A stretch of 57,908 nucleotides of DNA, the filler included, from Catajapyx aquilonaris (lineage: Eukaryota): the NCBI GenBank assembly GCA_000934665.2. It is 2 parts of 2 records of this genome, joined end to end, with 100 filler letters (N's around TTAATTAATTAA, not from the genome) between each part and the next. Parts side by side here need not be neighbours in the genome. Positions count along the whole stretch, not along the records: positions 1 to 28,908 come from JYFJ02004849.1; positions 29,009 to 57,908 come from JYFJ02004850.1. The stretch is one strand, 5' to 3'. The notes under the pieces were generated by a model. That model had not been told where the DNA came from. It worked only from the letters and a program-made list of their open reading frames with translations, and ran no database searches. The first letter of the stretch is position 1, and each line of letters opens with the position of its first letter. The position numbers and the translations under genes are program-made. This document shows positions 28,807 to 40,993 of the stretch, piece after piece.

Positions 28807-28908
28807 TGTCCCTCGCGTCGAGCGGGCAGCCACGCGTCAGGATGAAAGCAACCAGTTAACTGGTTCCCTTCATCCTGACGCGTGGCTGCCCGCTCGACGC
28901 GAGGAACA
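28807..28908. repeat. GC-rich near-perfect palindrome at a contig end
   Basis: TGTCCCTCGCGTCGAGCGGGCAGCCACGCGTCAGGATGAA...AACCAGTTAACTGGTT...TTCATCCTGACGCGTGGCTGCCCGCTCGACGCGAGGAACA, running directly into the N spacer. Confidence 0.85.
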
Positions 28909-29008
28909 NNNNNNNNNNNNNNNNNNNNNNNNNNNNNNNNNNNNNNNNNNNNTTAATTAATTAANNNNNNNNNNNNNNNNNNNNNNNNNNNNNNNNNNNN
29001 NNNNNNNN
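28909..29008. other. Artificial 100-bp assembly spacer with six-frame stop linker
   Basis: 44 N + TTAATTAATTAA + 44 N. TTAATTAATTAA puts stop codons in all six frames and is used when contigs are concatenated. Confidence 0.95.
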
Positions 29009-29389
29009 ACTTCTACCCCCACCCCCCTGTACGGACAAAAGCGGACAAAGTACAACCCCCCTCCCCCCCGTCACTTGTCCGCGCGGATTATGGACGGCCC
29101 CTTATGTGTATCATTCATCCTATTGCTCTGAGGGCTATGTACGGCTATGTATGACATTATTGCTAAATCTCCAAAAGTTCATAAATAACAGTGTAAATAT
29201 GAAATTGCAACTGGAAATGTTTAAGCAGATATAAATCCCCAATAAATAAGGGAATAACTCCCAATCGCAATTTGTTAGGATAAATCCTCAAATGTTTGTA
29301 AGTAATAATTGCTTTCCACGTTAAATGTATGTGGAAATAAAACATCCAAAAATTAATAAATTGACTGTCATTGACCTGAAAACATCATT

Positions 29390-29655
29390 TTTTTAAAAAA
29401 ATTACCCCTATGCTAACCTTGTTTGGTCTTAAGGGGGGAAAGGAGGTTCCCAAGAGGGGGGCTCTGTATGATATGAACTGTAACCACCAGACCTTTTCTC
29501 CGGGGCCCGGGCAGAGTAGGGAGTGCAATTCTGCCCAGGCATGTCGGGTGAAAAGCGGAAAAGACCCGGCCAAGCAGAGGTGACGGGGACGGGATTTGAA
29601 CCCCGGGCTCCCGCTTGGCTGGCCATCGGCGTAGCCGCTAGTACCATGCCTCCCC
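29390..29655 (-). mobile_element. tRNA-derived SINE, family D
   Basis: Minus strand begins GGGGAGGCATGGTACTAGCGG...GGGTTCAAATCCC (A and B boxes). TSD AAAACATCATT at 29379-29389 and 29659-29669. Confidence 0.8.
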
Positions 29656-30091
29656 AATAAAACATCATTATTATGTGGAGTGACCAATAAAAGTACAGTA
29701 GTCGAAATTATAAGAAATCCAGTTGAAGGTGGCATGACCTTCTTGAAGCTGAGGTGCACCAATGACTCAACCAGTGAAGGTAAGATAGATAGCATATTTT
29801 TCCTAGAGAATCTGGAATCTGGAATGTTAGTGTCGAATGTCCCATGTTCTTTCAAACTGCAACACAAGATACTAATAATCCTGTTGTAGATCATGTCTGG
29901 GTATAAAGCTTCTTATGCTCTAGAAGTCTTGAATCTAGATAGTGAGTTTATACTATTAAGTCTCTGCCATAGTTGCATCCGCTGCAATGTGTGCCTATTG
30001 GCAGCAATGAACGCCCTACACAGGTTCGAAACCAGAATCCCACCAAAAACGAGCTTAAAAATGATAGCAAGAGTTATTAGCACTTGAGGAT

Positions 30092-30220
30092 AGGTGGAAT
30101 TTTCTCCCCACTGCTTACTAGTAACTTAGCAGTACCAAGAGCTCTTGGCAGTACCAATTGTGGCAGTGGTTGGTACTGATAAGTTAGCAGTAACTAGCAG
30201 TGGGACGAAAATTCCACCCA
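30092..30220. mobile_element. Palindromic MITE (GGGTGGAATTTT termini)
   Basis: GGTGGAATTTTCTCCCCACTGCT ... AGCAGTGGGACGAAAATTCCACCC. Second copy at 33174-33282. Confidence 0.8.
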
Positions 30221-30227
30221 TATAATT

Positions 30228-30421
30228 ATAGTCTATAGTCTTTTGGTTTTGGAATAGGTCAAGAATCACCTGTGCTGGTGATTCTTGACCTATTCCAAAA
30301 CCAAAAGACTATAGACTATGGGTCACGGGTCAAGAGCGTGTCCAAGCAAGAAACCCAGGTGCAAGGCCTTGCACACCTGGCACCTGGATTTCTTGCTTGG
30401 ACATGCTCTTGACCCGTGGCC
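30228..30421. repeat. Two abutting foldback hairpins at the truncation point of a gag-like remnant
   Basis: Perfect ATAGTCTATAGTCTTTTGGTTTTGGAATAGGTCAAGAATCACC / reverse complement (30228-30319), then GGTCACGGGTCAAGAGC...GCTCTTGACCCGTGGCC (30321-30421). Confidence 0.85.
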
Positions 30422-30800
30422 TGTTCCTTGCCCTTGGCACGTAAAGCATACCATGTCCCGCAGGCTCGACTTGGACACTGCACTAGTGCACTTACATCCA
30501 TCGTTTCATCTGCATTCGACGAAACGCCGGATCGTCCCTGTATCCTCGTGGGTGGTTGTCGTCTGCCGCATCTCATAACTTCTGCCTCGCTCTGCGGTGT
30601 AGTGATGCCCACAACCCCTGACGTTCAGTTCACCACCGCACCGGGTTGAAAGCACCAAGGTTAAATGGTGCTGGAGTCTGAGTCTGCCTGGCCCTGTTGA
30701 CGTAGCCGTTGCTGTTGTTGCTGCTGCTGTTGGGCTTCTTCCATCGTCTGCACCAATGGTAACAGACCCGTTAGCGTCGGGGTCCGTTACCAACCTGATC
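30365..30800 (-). mobile_element. Degenerate retroelement gag-like remnant (zinc knuckle)
   Basis: Minus strand reads ...DETMDVSAL... and MVCFTCQGQGTGHGSRACPSKKSRCQVCKAL, a CCHC-knuckle-like motif followed by a second CxxC as in Gypsy-type Gag. Frame is broken. Confidence 0.5.
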
Positions 30801-31046
30801 AATTTCACACACAAATTGTCCACAACGCACTGCACACAGTCTGAATCGAACAAACCACTCTCTACTTGCTCTACTACTACTTTTTAAGCTTTGCTGTCAA
30901 TTTGCTCAGCCACACGTTCTGGTTCTACACAGTGCCGCCAGAGGCCAGCACGCACCCACTCGATACATCATTGCATGTTATTGCTTGCCCCTTGCTGACT
31001 GCCGTTCTTGGAGAACACACCGTGGCCAGCCGTGTCAAGCAAAGGG

Positions 31047-33921
31047 ATGGCGACCGGCCCAGAACTGCTGGCCCTCATTCGGGAAAAAGAGGAGGAACTC
31101 CTAGTCCTTAGGAGGAAATACGTACGTGAGCTGATGGAATGTGTACTTCTTGGGCAAGGATTCATTACTACTGTTGCAGGCTGACTTGAAGAAAAGAGAG
31201 CAGGATGGGGAGAGCAGTGGTGGGGATAAGCTGAGCAAGGAGGAGGTATGCCGATACAGTAGGCAGCTGATCATGCCCGAGCTGGGAGTCAAAGGGCAGC
31301 TGGCACTCAAGAAGGCCTCCGTCCTCATCATTGGGGTTGGAGGACTGGGGTGCCCCGCTGCAGCATACCTTGCAGCTGCAGGGGTTGGTATGTAGCTTGT
31401 TGCAATTAAGGTGCTGTATGTGTGGGAGCTGTACACTAATAGGAAAAATTTGGGGGTTCTTTACGCTGGTAGTGAGACCTACTAGCTCAAAATCTTACTA
31501 TCTCCAACCCCTGACTTCTCCCTGTCAATACTAGAATAAAGCGCTTCTCTTGACTGTTAGTTAGGTTTGGCAGCATTTCTGACATTCTCTGGCTGCTTAT
31601 GCATTTCTGTCAGCACCAGCCCCTCGCAACTCCCAACCTAACCATATGGTGACGGTAGTGTAAAATTAGAGAGTTTCCACCAGCATGGGATTTGGCGTAG
31701 CCCCACAAGCATCTAACTATTCAGGTAGTTGACTGGTGATCTGCTAATGCCCTCCAGACCCAGCTGCAGTGGAAAGGATGGTTTGGATTGGTTCAGGCAT
31801 CCACCTGAATCATAAGATGCCTGTGGGGCTGCGCCAGGCCAAGACGGAGACTCTGTAATTACACTACTGTATCATGGGAGTTGCGAGGTCAATGGTCATT
31901 GAAAGTAACTGCAATTTCCAATTATTTGTAATTGAATTCTATAAATACATTCTCCGAAATAATTTCCTTAATTTATGTTGATACAGCAACCAGCCCGAAG
32001 TTATAATCAATAATTTCGTTTGATAAACAGGCAAGCTGGGGCTACTAGACCATGATGTGGTGGAAGTAAGCAACCTGCAACGACAGATATTACATGCCCA
32101 GTCACGTGTGGGTCTACATAAAGCATTGTCGGGCATGACTGCAGTGTGCAGGTATTTTTTTAAATCTGATAAACCCTATTGCACATATGATGTAGTCTCA
32201 ATCCTCAGGTGGATGCAGAACCTATTGTTGTACGTCTTGATGCCAGTAATGCGAAAGAGATAATCAGCCAGTACGATGTCATTCTGGATGCTACTGACAA
32301 CGTCGGCACCCGGTACCTGATCAATGATGCTTGTGTGATGGTGAATAAACCACTGGTGTCAGGCAGTGCATTGCGTACAGAAGGGCAGTTGACTGTCTAC
32401 AACTATGAAGGTGGACCATGTTACCGGTGCTTATTTCCTCACCCACCTCCTGCAGGGGCAGTGACAAACTGTGAGGAAGGCGGAGTCATTGGTGCAGGTG
32501 GGTGTGATGTAGTACATGATAGGTATCAGTCATAAAAGAACTTTGTATTGGGGGCATTACTAATGTGGCACATTCACATAAAATCTTTGCCGGTTTATTT
32601 CAACAAATCTTGCCAATCAGAACAAATATTATCATAATGTCTTTTGCAGTATAAGTAGCATGGAATGCAGGGAAAGTGGGCAAGAATTGTCAGGTCATAA
32701 ACAGGAAAAGGCTTGTCCAGTTATTTTCAAGACTAAGCCACATTCCATATCATCATACCAGCCCCCCGCAACTTCCTATCTAGCCATATGGGGAAGGCCG
32801 TGCACTTAGCTGGTCCGCTATCCCCAGATGTAGAGTCCAAATACCCGGATGTGGAGCCCTGTATCAAAACGCATTTGGGGGGTCTCTGAACTGTTCCGAA
32901 CCTACCTATATTGTTGACAATTGTTGACAATATAGGTATAGCCTCAGAACGGTTCAGAGACGTCCCCCCGAATGTGTTTTGGAACATTGCTCCACCGGGG
33001 TTAGCGGAGCACGGGAAAAGAGAGTGAGTTGCTGGGGGCTGCATCATACTATAATTCACTCCAATCTCCATCTACTATGACAAGCTGACTCCATCTATTG
33101 AGTGAAATTCAACCCGAGAAAATGGCAATCATGGAAAGCATTTTAGAGTCACTGAAAAAATCTGTGGTTCAGTGGGTGGAATTTTCGTCCCACTGCTAGT
33201 TACTGCTAACTTAGCAGTACCAGTGTTGGGGATTGTTACTGCTAAGTTATCAGTAATTAGCAGTGGGACAAAATTTCCACCCAATGTCTCGACCCTTACT
33301 GAGTGATATTTCAGCATTGCAACAACTTGAGGAAGTACCTTAACTCCTGTTTTAGTTCCAGGTGTCATTGGCACTCTTCAGGCAATGGATGCAATTAAAA
33401 TAATTTGCGGACTGCCAGGAACTTACTCAAAGAGGATGCTTCTCTATGATGCATTAGATGGAAATTTCCGTACTATAAAACTACGTCCCCGGCGTACTGA
33501 CTGCGATGTGTGTGGTGATACACCTTCTAAGCAAGAACTGGTTGACTATGTACCTGAATGTGCCTTGACGAAACCACTAGAAGCATCAAGTCGCATCAGT
33601 GCACTGGAGTACAAGCGCATAGTTGATGAACATGAGTCTCACCTGCTACTGGATGTCCGAACTGCCGAGGAGTTTGCTATGTGTTCATTTCCTCAGGCAG
33701 TGAACATACCAATGGCTGTATTGGCTAACAACACTGAAGCTGAAAAGCAACTGACGTATCTAACAGGTAGAAATGTTTATGTTGTGTGTCGGCGTGGAAA
33801 TGATTCCCAGCAGGCAGTGCGCATGATACGCGACATAGTTCCCAATGCAATTGTTAAGGATATTGCAGGTGGGTTGTATGCATGGGGAGAATCTGTAGAC
33901 CCAAACTTTCCATTGTATTAA
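31047..33921 (+). CDS. MOCS3: Adenylyltransferase and sulfurtransferase MOCS3/UBA4 (ThiF/MoeB E1-like + rhodanese), complete, 5 exons
   Basis: Exons 31047-31121, 31180-31387, 32031-32151, 32196-32497 and 33356-33921, all GT-AG and phase-compatible. Motifs [49 protein letters not shown], rhodanese CRRGNDSQ and C-terminal FPLY*. Confidence 0.97.
31653..31869. mobile_element. Degenerate MITE in MOCS3 intron 2
   Basis: GTAGTGTAAAATT...TGGCGTAGCCCCACAAGCATCT / AGATGCCTGTGGGGCTGCGCCA...AATTACACTAC inverted arms, with an outer CCTCGCAACTCCCA / TGGGAGTTGCGAGG pair. Confidence 0.6.
32759..33041. mobile_element. hAT-type MITE in MOCS3 intron 4
   Basis: TIRs CAGCCCCCGCAACT / AGTTGCTGGGGGCTG and 8-bp TSD CATCATAC (32751-32758, 33042-33049). 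Absent from the paralogous site near 50390. Confidence 0.85.
33174..33282. mobile_element. Palindromic MITE (same family as 30092) in MOCS3 intron 4
   Basis: GGGTGGAATTTTCGTCCCACTGCTA ... TAGCAGTGGGACAAAATTTCCACCC. The paralogous site GGTTCAATGTCTC near 50520 is empty. Confidence 0.85.
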
Positions 33922-34024
33922 CATCCATAAGATCATTTCCAATGACACTTTAAAAATGTACAAATTTCAAATGATATGTCCAATCTAATCAGTGCTTCCC
34001 CAGGAACACTCAACTTAAGTCAAG

Positions 34025-34162
<138 letters not shown>

Positions 34163-34499
34163 CTAGGGTATGGCAAGTATGGCATGTGCCCTGCCTGATT
34201 ATTCCACCAAAACGGAACAATAACAACGTGATAGTACACCTTAACCTCTTACAGTGCCGGAGCGGGTACTTGACTTTGGCTGCAATTTTTTATCAATGTG
34301 ACGGAAAAAGAGAAGATCGTGCTACTTTTGGCAGAGTGGGCAAAGGTCTTCGTGAACGTTTACATGATATTCAATAGTTCCTGCCACCTTGTGCCATATA
34401 TTAGAAGCAATGCCAAACTTGCCCCTTTTACGCACTTGCCCCGCTTTACCATACCTTTCTATGGTGTAACAGTTCAGTGGGTGAACTTTTAAACTAAAG

Positions 34500-34751
34500 C
34501 AGTGCTTCCCAAATTGTGGGTCGCGATCCCATTGGGGTTGCGAAAATAATATTTGGGGTCGCAAGGGAGGGTAGCAAATTATTTTCACAAAATGATGCTA
34601 TCTTTCTTGAAAATTATGACCACAAGGTAAGGTCATTTCACTGTTTACCTGTCTTTTCATATTGGCAGATCGAAATTTGCACATATAGGGGGTCACAAAT
34701 TTTACAAGACAATTTTTTGGGGTTGCCAACGAAAGAAATTGGGAAGCACTG
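34500..34751. mobile_element. hAT (Charlie/Buster-like) MITE
   Basis: TIRs CAGTGCTTCCCAA / TTGGGAAGCACTG and 8-bp TSD AACTAAAG (34492-34499, 34752-34759). Confidence 0.9.
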
Positions 34752-35794
34752 AACTAAAGTGTGTTTTTTACTGCCAAACATTTATTTTTACCCTATTAAA
34801 ATGATAATGTTACTTGGAAATTGATCAAACTGTTTATTAATGATTAAAGGAAACAAAAAATATCTGACTTAAGAATTTAAAAACCACTTACTTCACTTAC
34901 CTATAAAACTAAACCTCTGCTTTATTATTGGGAGTCATCAAAGGTGGGCATTAGCATCACTAATCCACTAACCGCTCATAGCGGAACTCACTTTTCGATA
35001 GCTGATGAGCAGTTTCCGCTACCTTTTTAGGCCGCTAGCGGCCCAATTAGGTTCTCCCAAGTTTAGTGCTGCCAAATTTACATCCGCTAACAAAATTCAT
35101 TCGTGTTCCTGTATCGCTGTTTGTTATTTTTTTAGTTGCATTGCTTGGCCCACTTCCCACTCCAGGCAGGCATTAAATTAGGCTAGTTTATGGGGGACAA
35201 ATCAGCTTGCTTAGGGAGTGGTGGGTACAGAGGGAGCATATTGTAGAACATATTGTATCAATCCAGTGGGGTGCTACTAAAGCGCTGCATCTCCCTGGAT
35301 ATGTCGATAATGCATATCCGAAGTTTACGGCTATTACATCCGTTATTGACATACATTGGGATGTTCCTAACATATCGGAGGACTTGTCCTTCACAAACGC
35401 AATGTACATTGGCATATGGGGGTTTTGGGGGATTTTGGCGGTTTTCCAGGCTAAGATAATTGTCATATTTTGCCATTATGTGAAGAGTTTTACAAGACCA
35501 AGCAGGGTCTCCACAGTTCAAACATTGCATTACCAGACCCCTCGGGACCTACAGTCATTCCTGGCTGGCGGCTCGGGTCAGCAGCGTGTTGTGTTGCCGG
35601 TGGTTCGACCCCCTGTCAGAAACGACAAAAGTGGTTATGTGGAGGTATCACAGGTTATATTTTTGAAAATTTATTTATTTTTTACAATATTCATGATCAA
35701 TAAAGTATGAACGGTGAAAGAATCGATGCTGGTGCAGATGGTTTGGGGAATGCCAGGATTATTAATATTATGTGAAGGATAAGCCATGCCACAC

Positions 35795-38697
35795 CTGTCC
35801 CTTGTGCGCCAGATTCCTCTGAGCATGGGGGTTTGGTGAAACTGTTGAGTGCTTTGACTTACTTGACTCGTCTGGATTCTAGTTGGAGGTGGTCTCCAAG
35901 CACACTACTGACTCTGATTTCGGTGACTGCCAGGCACTTGCTGACCTGTTGGCTGGGGGCCTGCCTGCTGGTGGACAGGGTGACCTTGAGCCTGGCTAAT
36001 AACTGGTACTAGCCTCTGCTTGTGGATGCTTTCAGATTGTATTTGCACCTCCTGATCACTGCTCCTATTAGACGGAATGTCTTCTCTTGGTGCTGATGCC
36101 ATTTCCTGGGGAACTGGAGGAGGCAAAGCTGAAGACACCAGATTCTCGGCAGCTGCAACATAGCATACACATAGGATTAACAAGTGGGAGGTGAGCCACA
36201 AGGTACTTTGCCATCCACCTCACCCTAGGGCCTAGACCCAGATCTCTTCAGGCCCTGCTTTAATTATGGGTGGCTGACATGGTTGGGCCCTATCTAGTGT
36301 GTGGTCCATTTTGGAAAATATTCAGGATTTCGTCCCATTTTGATAACATAGTCCCAAAGGATCTCTTCCTGGATCATTTTTTATCTACAATAATTGACAA
36401 AGTTTTGGTGGAAGTTGTTTACAGTGCCAGATGAAAAAGCAAAATTAACTTCTGCTCTACAGATTCAGGTATTGCAAAAATATACATTTCAAATTCTCAA
36501 TTTTCCCACTATCAACTTATGACAGGAAGTCCAAGGAAGGATAAATATTTTTATTTTAATTTTTCAAGATATGATAAAGTGTGACATTTGTTGAGATGAC
36601 AATTGTTCATTAAAACTGCAGCTAATGTGATTATTGTGTCCAAAATAATATCATCCCATTGTATTACCACATTTGAACCTGTGCTGTGTAACCAGTGTTG
36701 CGAAATAATTTACTTCATTAAATACCGGCAATTGGGATGTAGAAATATCCGTGACAATTTACCATTGCTTGAAAAATGAAATTAAAAATTCTTTAACATT
36801 CCTTGCATCTCCTGCTGAGATATGAAATTGGAAAAATAGCAAACTTAAAAATTATGTGAAATGTGGATTTTTGCAAACCCTGAATCTGTAGAACAAAACT
36901 GAGTTGCAATTCTTTCATGTCATTATTATGAACTTCCACTAAAAAAATTTGTGGAGAAAGGAAAAAATCACCCTGGAAGAAATTCTTTGGTCCTTGTTTA
37001 GACAGGTAGCAATAAAAATTTAGCATTTTCTTCCTCAACTTATCCGTAACCACGCCAACAGTATAAAATCGGGTCAACCAGGGACCGGTATATCCCAGGG
37101 AAGCTGGCTGGTCAGAATAAAGTGGGGTAGTTCTTATGACACCCTCATTCCCTACAAAATTATCCTACATGTATTAGAAAGTGATGCACTGCCCCCTCAC
37201 AGGGAATATTATTTTGCAATTTTCCATAGCACTTGCATGAGATAGAGATGATAATTTTTTACTTTGTGTAGTGCAGGCAGCCTTTGGAAATCACACAAAT
37301 AACGATTTTGACCAATTTTGATCTGACCACCAGGGGCCGGTTTCACCAAGCCCGGTTTTCATGAAAACCCCGGTTCTTTCGGAAAATCTCTATTCTATTT
37401 GCAGGGATTTTCCGAAAGAACCAGGGTTTTTATGAAAACCGGGCTTGGTGAAACCAGCCCCAGAAGTGTCTTTCTAATATCAGGTCATCCCCCACTTTAC
37501 CAGCATGCCGCAATATAAATGACACTCTGAATCCATACCTGGATTTGTCTTGGATGTGGAACCTGAGGTGGCACCCTGATGGTCCTGCTCATTTTTCCTC
37601 CATATGGATGTTAGCAAGTTATCCGTCTGATATACGGCCTTAAACTTTGCTTTTCTCTTTACCATAATATTCTTGATTTCCTCCCGTCATTCCACTAGCT
37701 TTGTTCCTGCCTCTTTTTCCTCTTCTTCAATTTCAGCCACAGAGCAGAACCAGTATCTCTCTTCTTCTGCAGCTCATCCACTGCCTGATCATATTCATTT
37801 TGCACTTCCATTAACTTGTCATTTTCCTGTGCCTCCAACTCTGCCATTCTCACAGGCTCCTTCTTAACTATCTCTGCCATTCGCTGACACGTCTTTTTGT
37901 CCTGGTCAACAGATTGTTCACAGTGACTGTTTGATTGCCCAGCTGCAGGTTTCTGTGATAAAGAATCTGAAGAAGGATTCATGCTCTGATGCTTTCTTGG
38001 TCTTCCTTTAAGTCTAACAACTTTGGGGGATTTCAGTTGCATGCCATCTGGAATTTTTGGCTCATCTGAATATGAGTATGGGATTGTAACACACTGGCGT
38101 TTCTTCATCTTAACAGTTTCCTGTATATTCGGAACATATATTTCTGGTTCCTGTTGTTGCAGCCCATCTTCTATGCTAGTGGCCTGTACGGCAGTGTGAT
38201 TATCAGGTTTCTCCTGTGGAGTTGGAACCTTGCTGGGCAAGATTCTTGCATGTGCTTCACTTATTGTTGATGCCTGTGTTTTCTGGATCCAATCTTGTAC
38301 TCTCTGGTGACTACTAGTTCTGTCATTTTGCTGCTTGCGCTCCGACTGAAGACGACTCTTCTTTTTCAGGGGTGGCTCTTTATCTGGGAGCTCGTGTGAT
38401 GTCCGCTTCTTACCTGAACACTTTTTTGGCTCCTCACTGCCTCCTTTCCCACTCGGTTTTACTTCTCGTAGGTTGCACCTGTTAGAGTGAGAAGTGCAGC
38501 CATCACATGTGCTTGGTATTACATAGACATGTGCCACACTGGAAGAACCCTCCTTCCCCTTTCCAGTTTTCTTCTTCGCATCTGCCGAATGTTGCCTTTT
38601 CTGTTTCACCACACACGCCTTTGCAATTTCTCCGTAACTTTTCTCCTGAGGTTGTGCTGAAGTAAGTTACCTTCCTTTTGAGATTTCTCCAACACAC
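35795..38697 (-). pseudogene. Decayed multi-exon gene of unknown identity (K/S/Q-rich, AT-hook-like KGRPRK, coiled coil)
   Basis: 305-codon ORF 37695-38612. Its frame extends upstream through an in-frame TAA to a gcag acceptor at ~38698. The coiled coil continues in a shifted frame (AEIEEEEKEAGTKLVE*REEIKNIMVKRKAKF). A further Q/P-rich segment at 35800-36155 contains TAG TAG in frame. Confidence 0.55.
37334..37460. mobile_element. Palindromic MITE, probably PIF/Harbinger type
   Basis: GGGCCGGTTTCACCAAGCCCGGTTTTCAT ... ATGAAAACCGGGCTTGGTGAAACCAGCCC with a 3-bp CAG duplication. Confidence 0.8.
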
Positions 38698-38919
38698 CTG
38701 CATCAAGAAAATAAATCATTAGCACTAACTCTAATAAACAGCACTAGGATGAGTGAAATTATAGATATAATGTGTAAAAGGCTGAGACAATAAGTGAATG
38801 GCAGCGTGAATAAAAATTTATTCCAAATACCGATGAATTTTTGCAATCTTGTGATGGATGATTTCCAAAAGTGACTGTGGACTTCGTCTGGTAGGTTGCA
38901 TAAAGACTGTGAGAATCAC

Positions 38920-38920
<1 letters not shown>

Positions 38921-38987
<67 letters not shown>

Positions 38988-39245
38988 CTATCGGCTCTTT
39001 AGGGGGGAAGTTTTTTTGTTTTGCCTGGAACTCTTTGCTTTCATTTTACTGCGCTTTTTGGGATAGGATAGGGACAGAAGGAAGCGGCTGTGGCCTATTA
39101 ATTACGGAAACAACTCCGGAATTTTCCTGGAAGAACCGTGGGAAACCACAGAAAACCATGGTCAGAGTTGCCGGCGCCGAGATTTGATCCCAGGGCCTCC
39201 CGATTAGCAGTCGGACCCCATATCCCCTACTCCAAACTGCTTCGG
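38921..39245 (-). mobile_element. SINE family A copy
   Basis: Reverse-complement homolog of 217-564 with (TAA)n tail. TSD AGAATCACA (38912-38920, 39247-39255). Confidence 0.9.
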
Positions 39246-40993
39246 TAGAATCACAAAATACATGTCCACAACTTTCAGGTGCAAGAAGAATAACAAAACT
39301 AACTTTTCACATTTTCGTGCCACATTGAACAAGATTTCCAATGCTAGTTGATTAAACATCTTCAAGCTGCTACATCGGCAATCGAAATTTCTACTCTCTC
39401 TTTTCTTGTATTACTTATGTAACGTCACAGTTAATTTTCACTCTCCCAATGATATAAATTAGACAGAACTAGAGGCAGAATATCCCAGAACTGATCAAAC
39501 ACTTTTAAAATAGGCTACTGGTACCATAGGAGAACTGTAACTAGTGCAACTGAAGGGCAGTTTTTCTTGATGCTGAGCTGTACGTACGCTACTGGAAAAA
39601 AAAAAAAATGCCGTGGGGTACAGCAGCTACACCTGTCCCCAATAATAAGTCTTTGTTGGTCTAAAAGTGATAAAAACATTTCTAAAAAATGTGGAGGGAG
39701 ACAGTTTAATTTTTTTGATCTCCAGTCAGGTGCGGGATGAGCATGCACAGATACGAGTTTAGAGGAGGTAAATACTTTTGTGTGTCTGGGTGGGTGGTGA
39801 GAACTTAGCCGGTCAGTTGCTGTGCCATATACAGGGTGTTTCAGAGTCACAGGTCAAGCGCGGGCGAGGGGGTGGGGAAAAATCGTAGGTGGCGACAACC
39901 CCGGTCGGTTTTATAAAACAATTAGAAATACGGCAGTAATCAAATTATTTATTACTGCCGTACGGTGTGACGTCACATCCTTTCTGTATTCGAATTGACC
40001 GGCGCAGACTGGCAGATTCAGTGGGTTGAACGTGGTTGAGCCGCTTTTTAGCATTGCGGGTTGCACTGAAAAAGGCGCTCTCATGCCATACCGGGAGGGT
40101 ACTGCACACACTAGTACACTACTTTGTGCAGTACCCTCCCGACCAGTGATGAAAAAGGGACAGAGGCCAGACAAGATGTCCAAGCGACGCTGCAGATATA
40201 AGCCACTAAACTGAAACTGCACAAAAGAGGCTATACATAACCAATTCCATTCAGACCCAGCATAAGTAGATCTCACCTTCACAATATCAAAGAAAAATGC
40301 AGGCAGGAGCTGAGCAAACAATTGACGTATGTCATTGCCAATTTTTGAGGCATGGAACACCAGCAATGTTCACAAGGTCTAACCATTCCAAAAGCCGGTA
40401 GTGTATGGTATGGGAAGTTTTTTCCCCTTCTTATATAACTGCTCGAAACATCTTTGGCTTCTTTGACAGGGCATATTCGATCCTCATACTGATGGTGGTA
40501 CGAAAGGTTCTGTTAATTATCTATTTTTTCTGCTTACGAGACCGGCCAGCTTTTCCTCGAACGTTTTCCGCATTGCACTCGCGTCCATGGCGATGAAACG
40601 CAAAAAAAATATAGCACAACTTCAAATTCGAATACGGAAAAAATACGCAAGTGAAATAAAACAACTGAGAGGACAGACACGTCTATCTGAATAGAAGAAT
40701 GTGTAGGAGAGGCAGAGTACAAGCGATAACAGATGACGATAACAGAATCAACACACTGCCCAACGAACCATGGGCATTACATAAAATGGCCGGCCCAGTT
40801 GTGAAATGCCTTCCCATTATACACACTGCCATAAAAAATTTGGCATTCTATACAGTGCCCCGGTCATTTTACAAAATGCCTGGGATATTAAACACATTGA
40901 CCCTAACATAATTATCCAAGTTGTAATATTTGGGACAGTGCAGTGGCCCTGCATGATTGGCATTGCCCTTAGATTCACGCTGTTAAATCTTAC

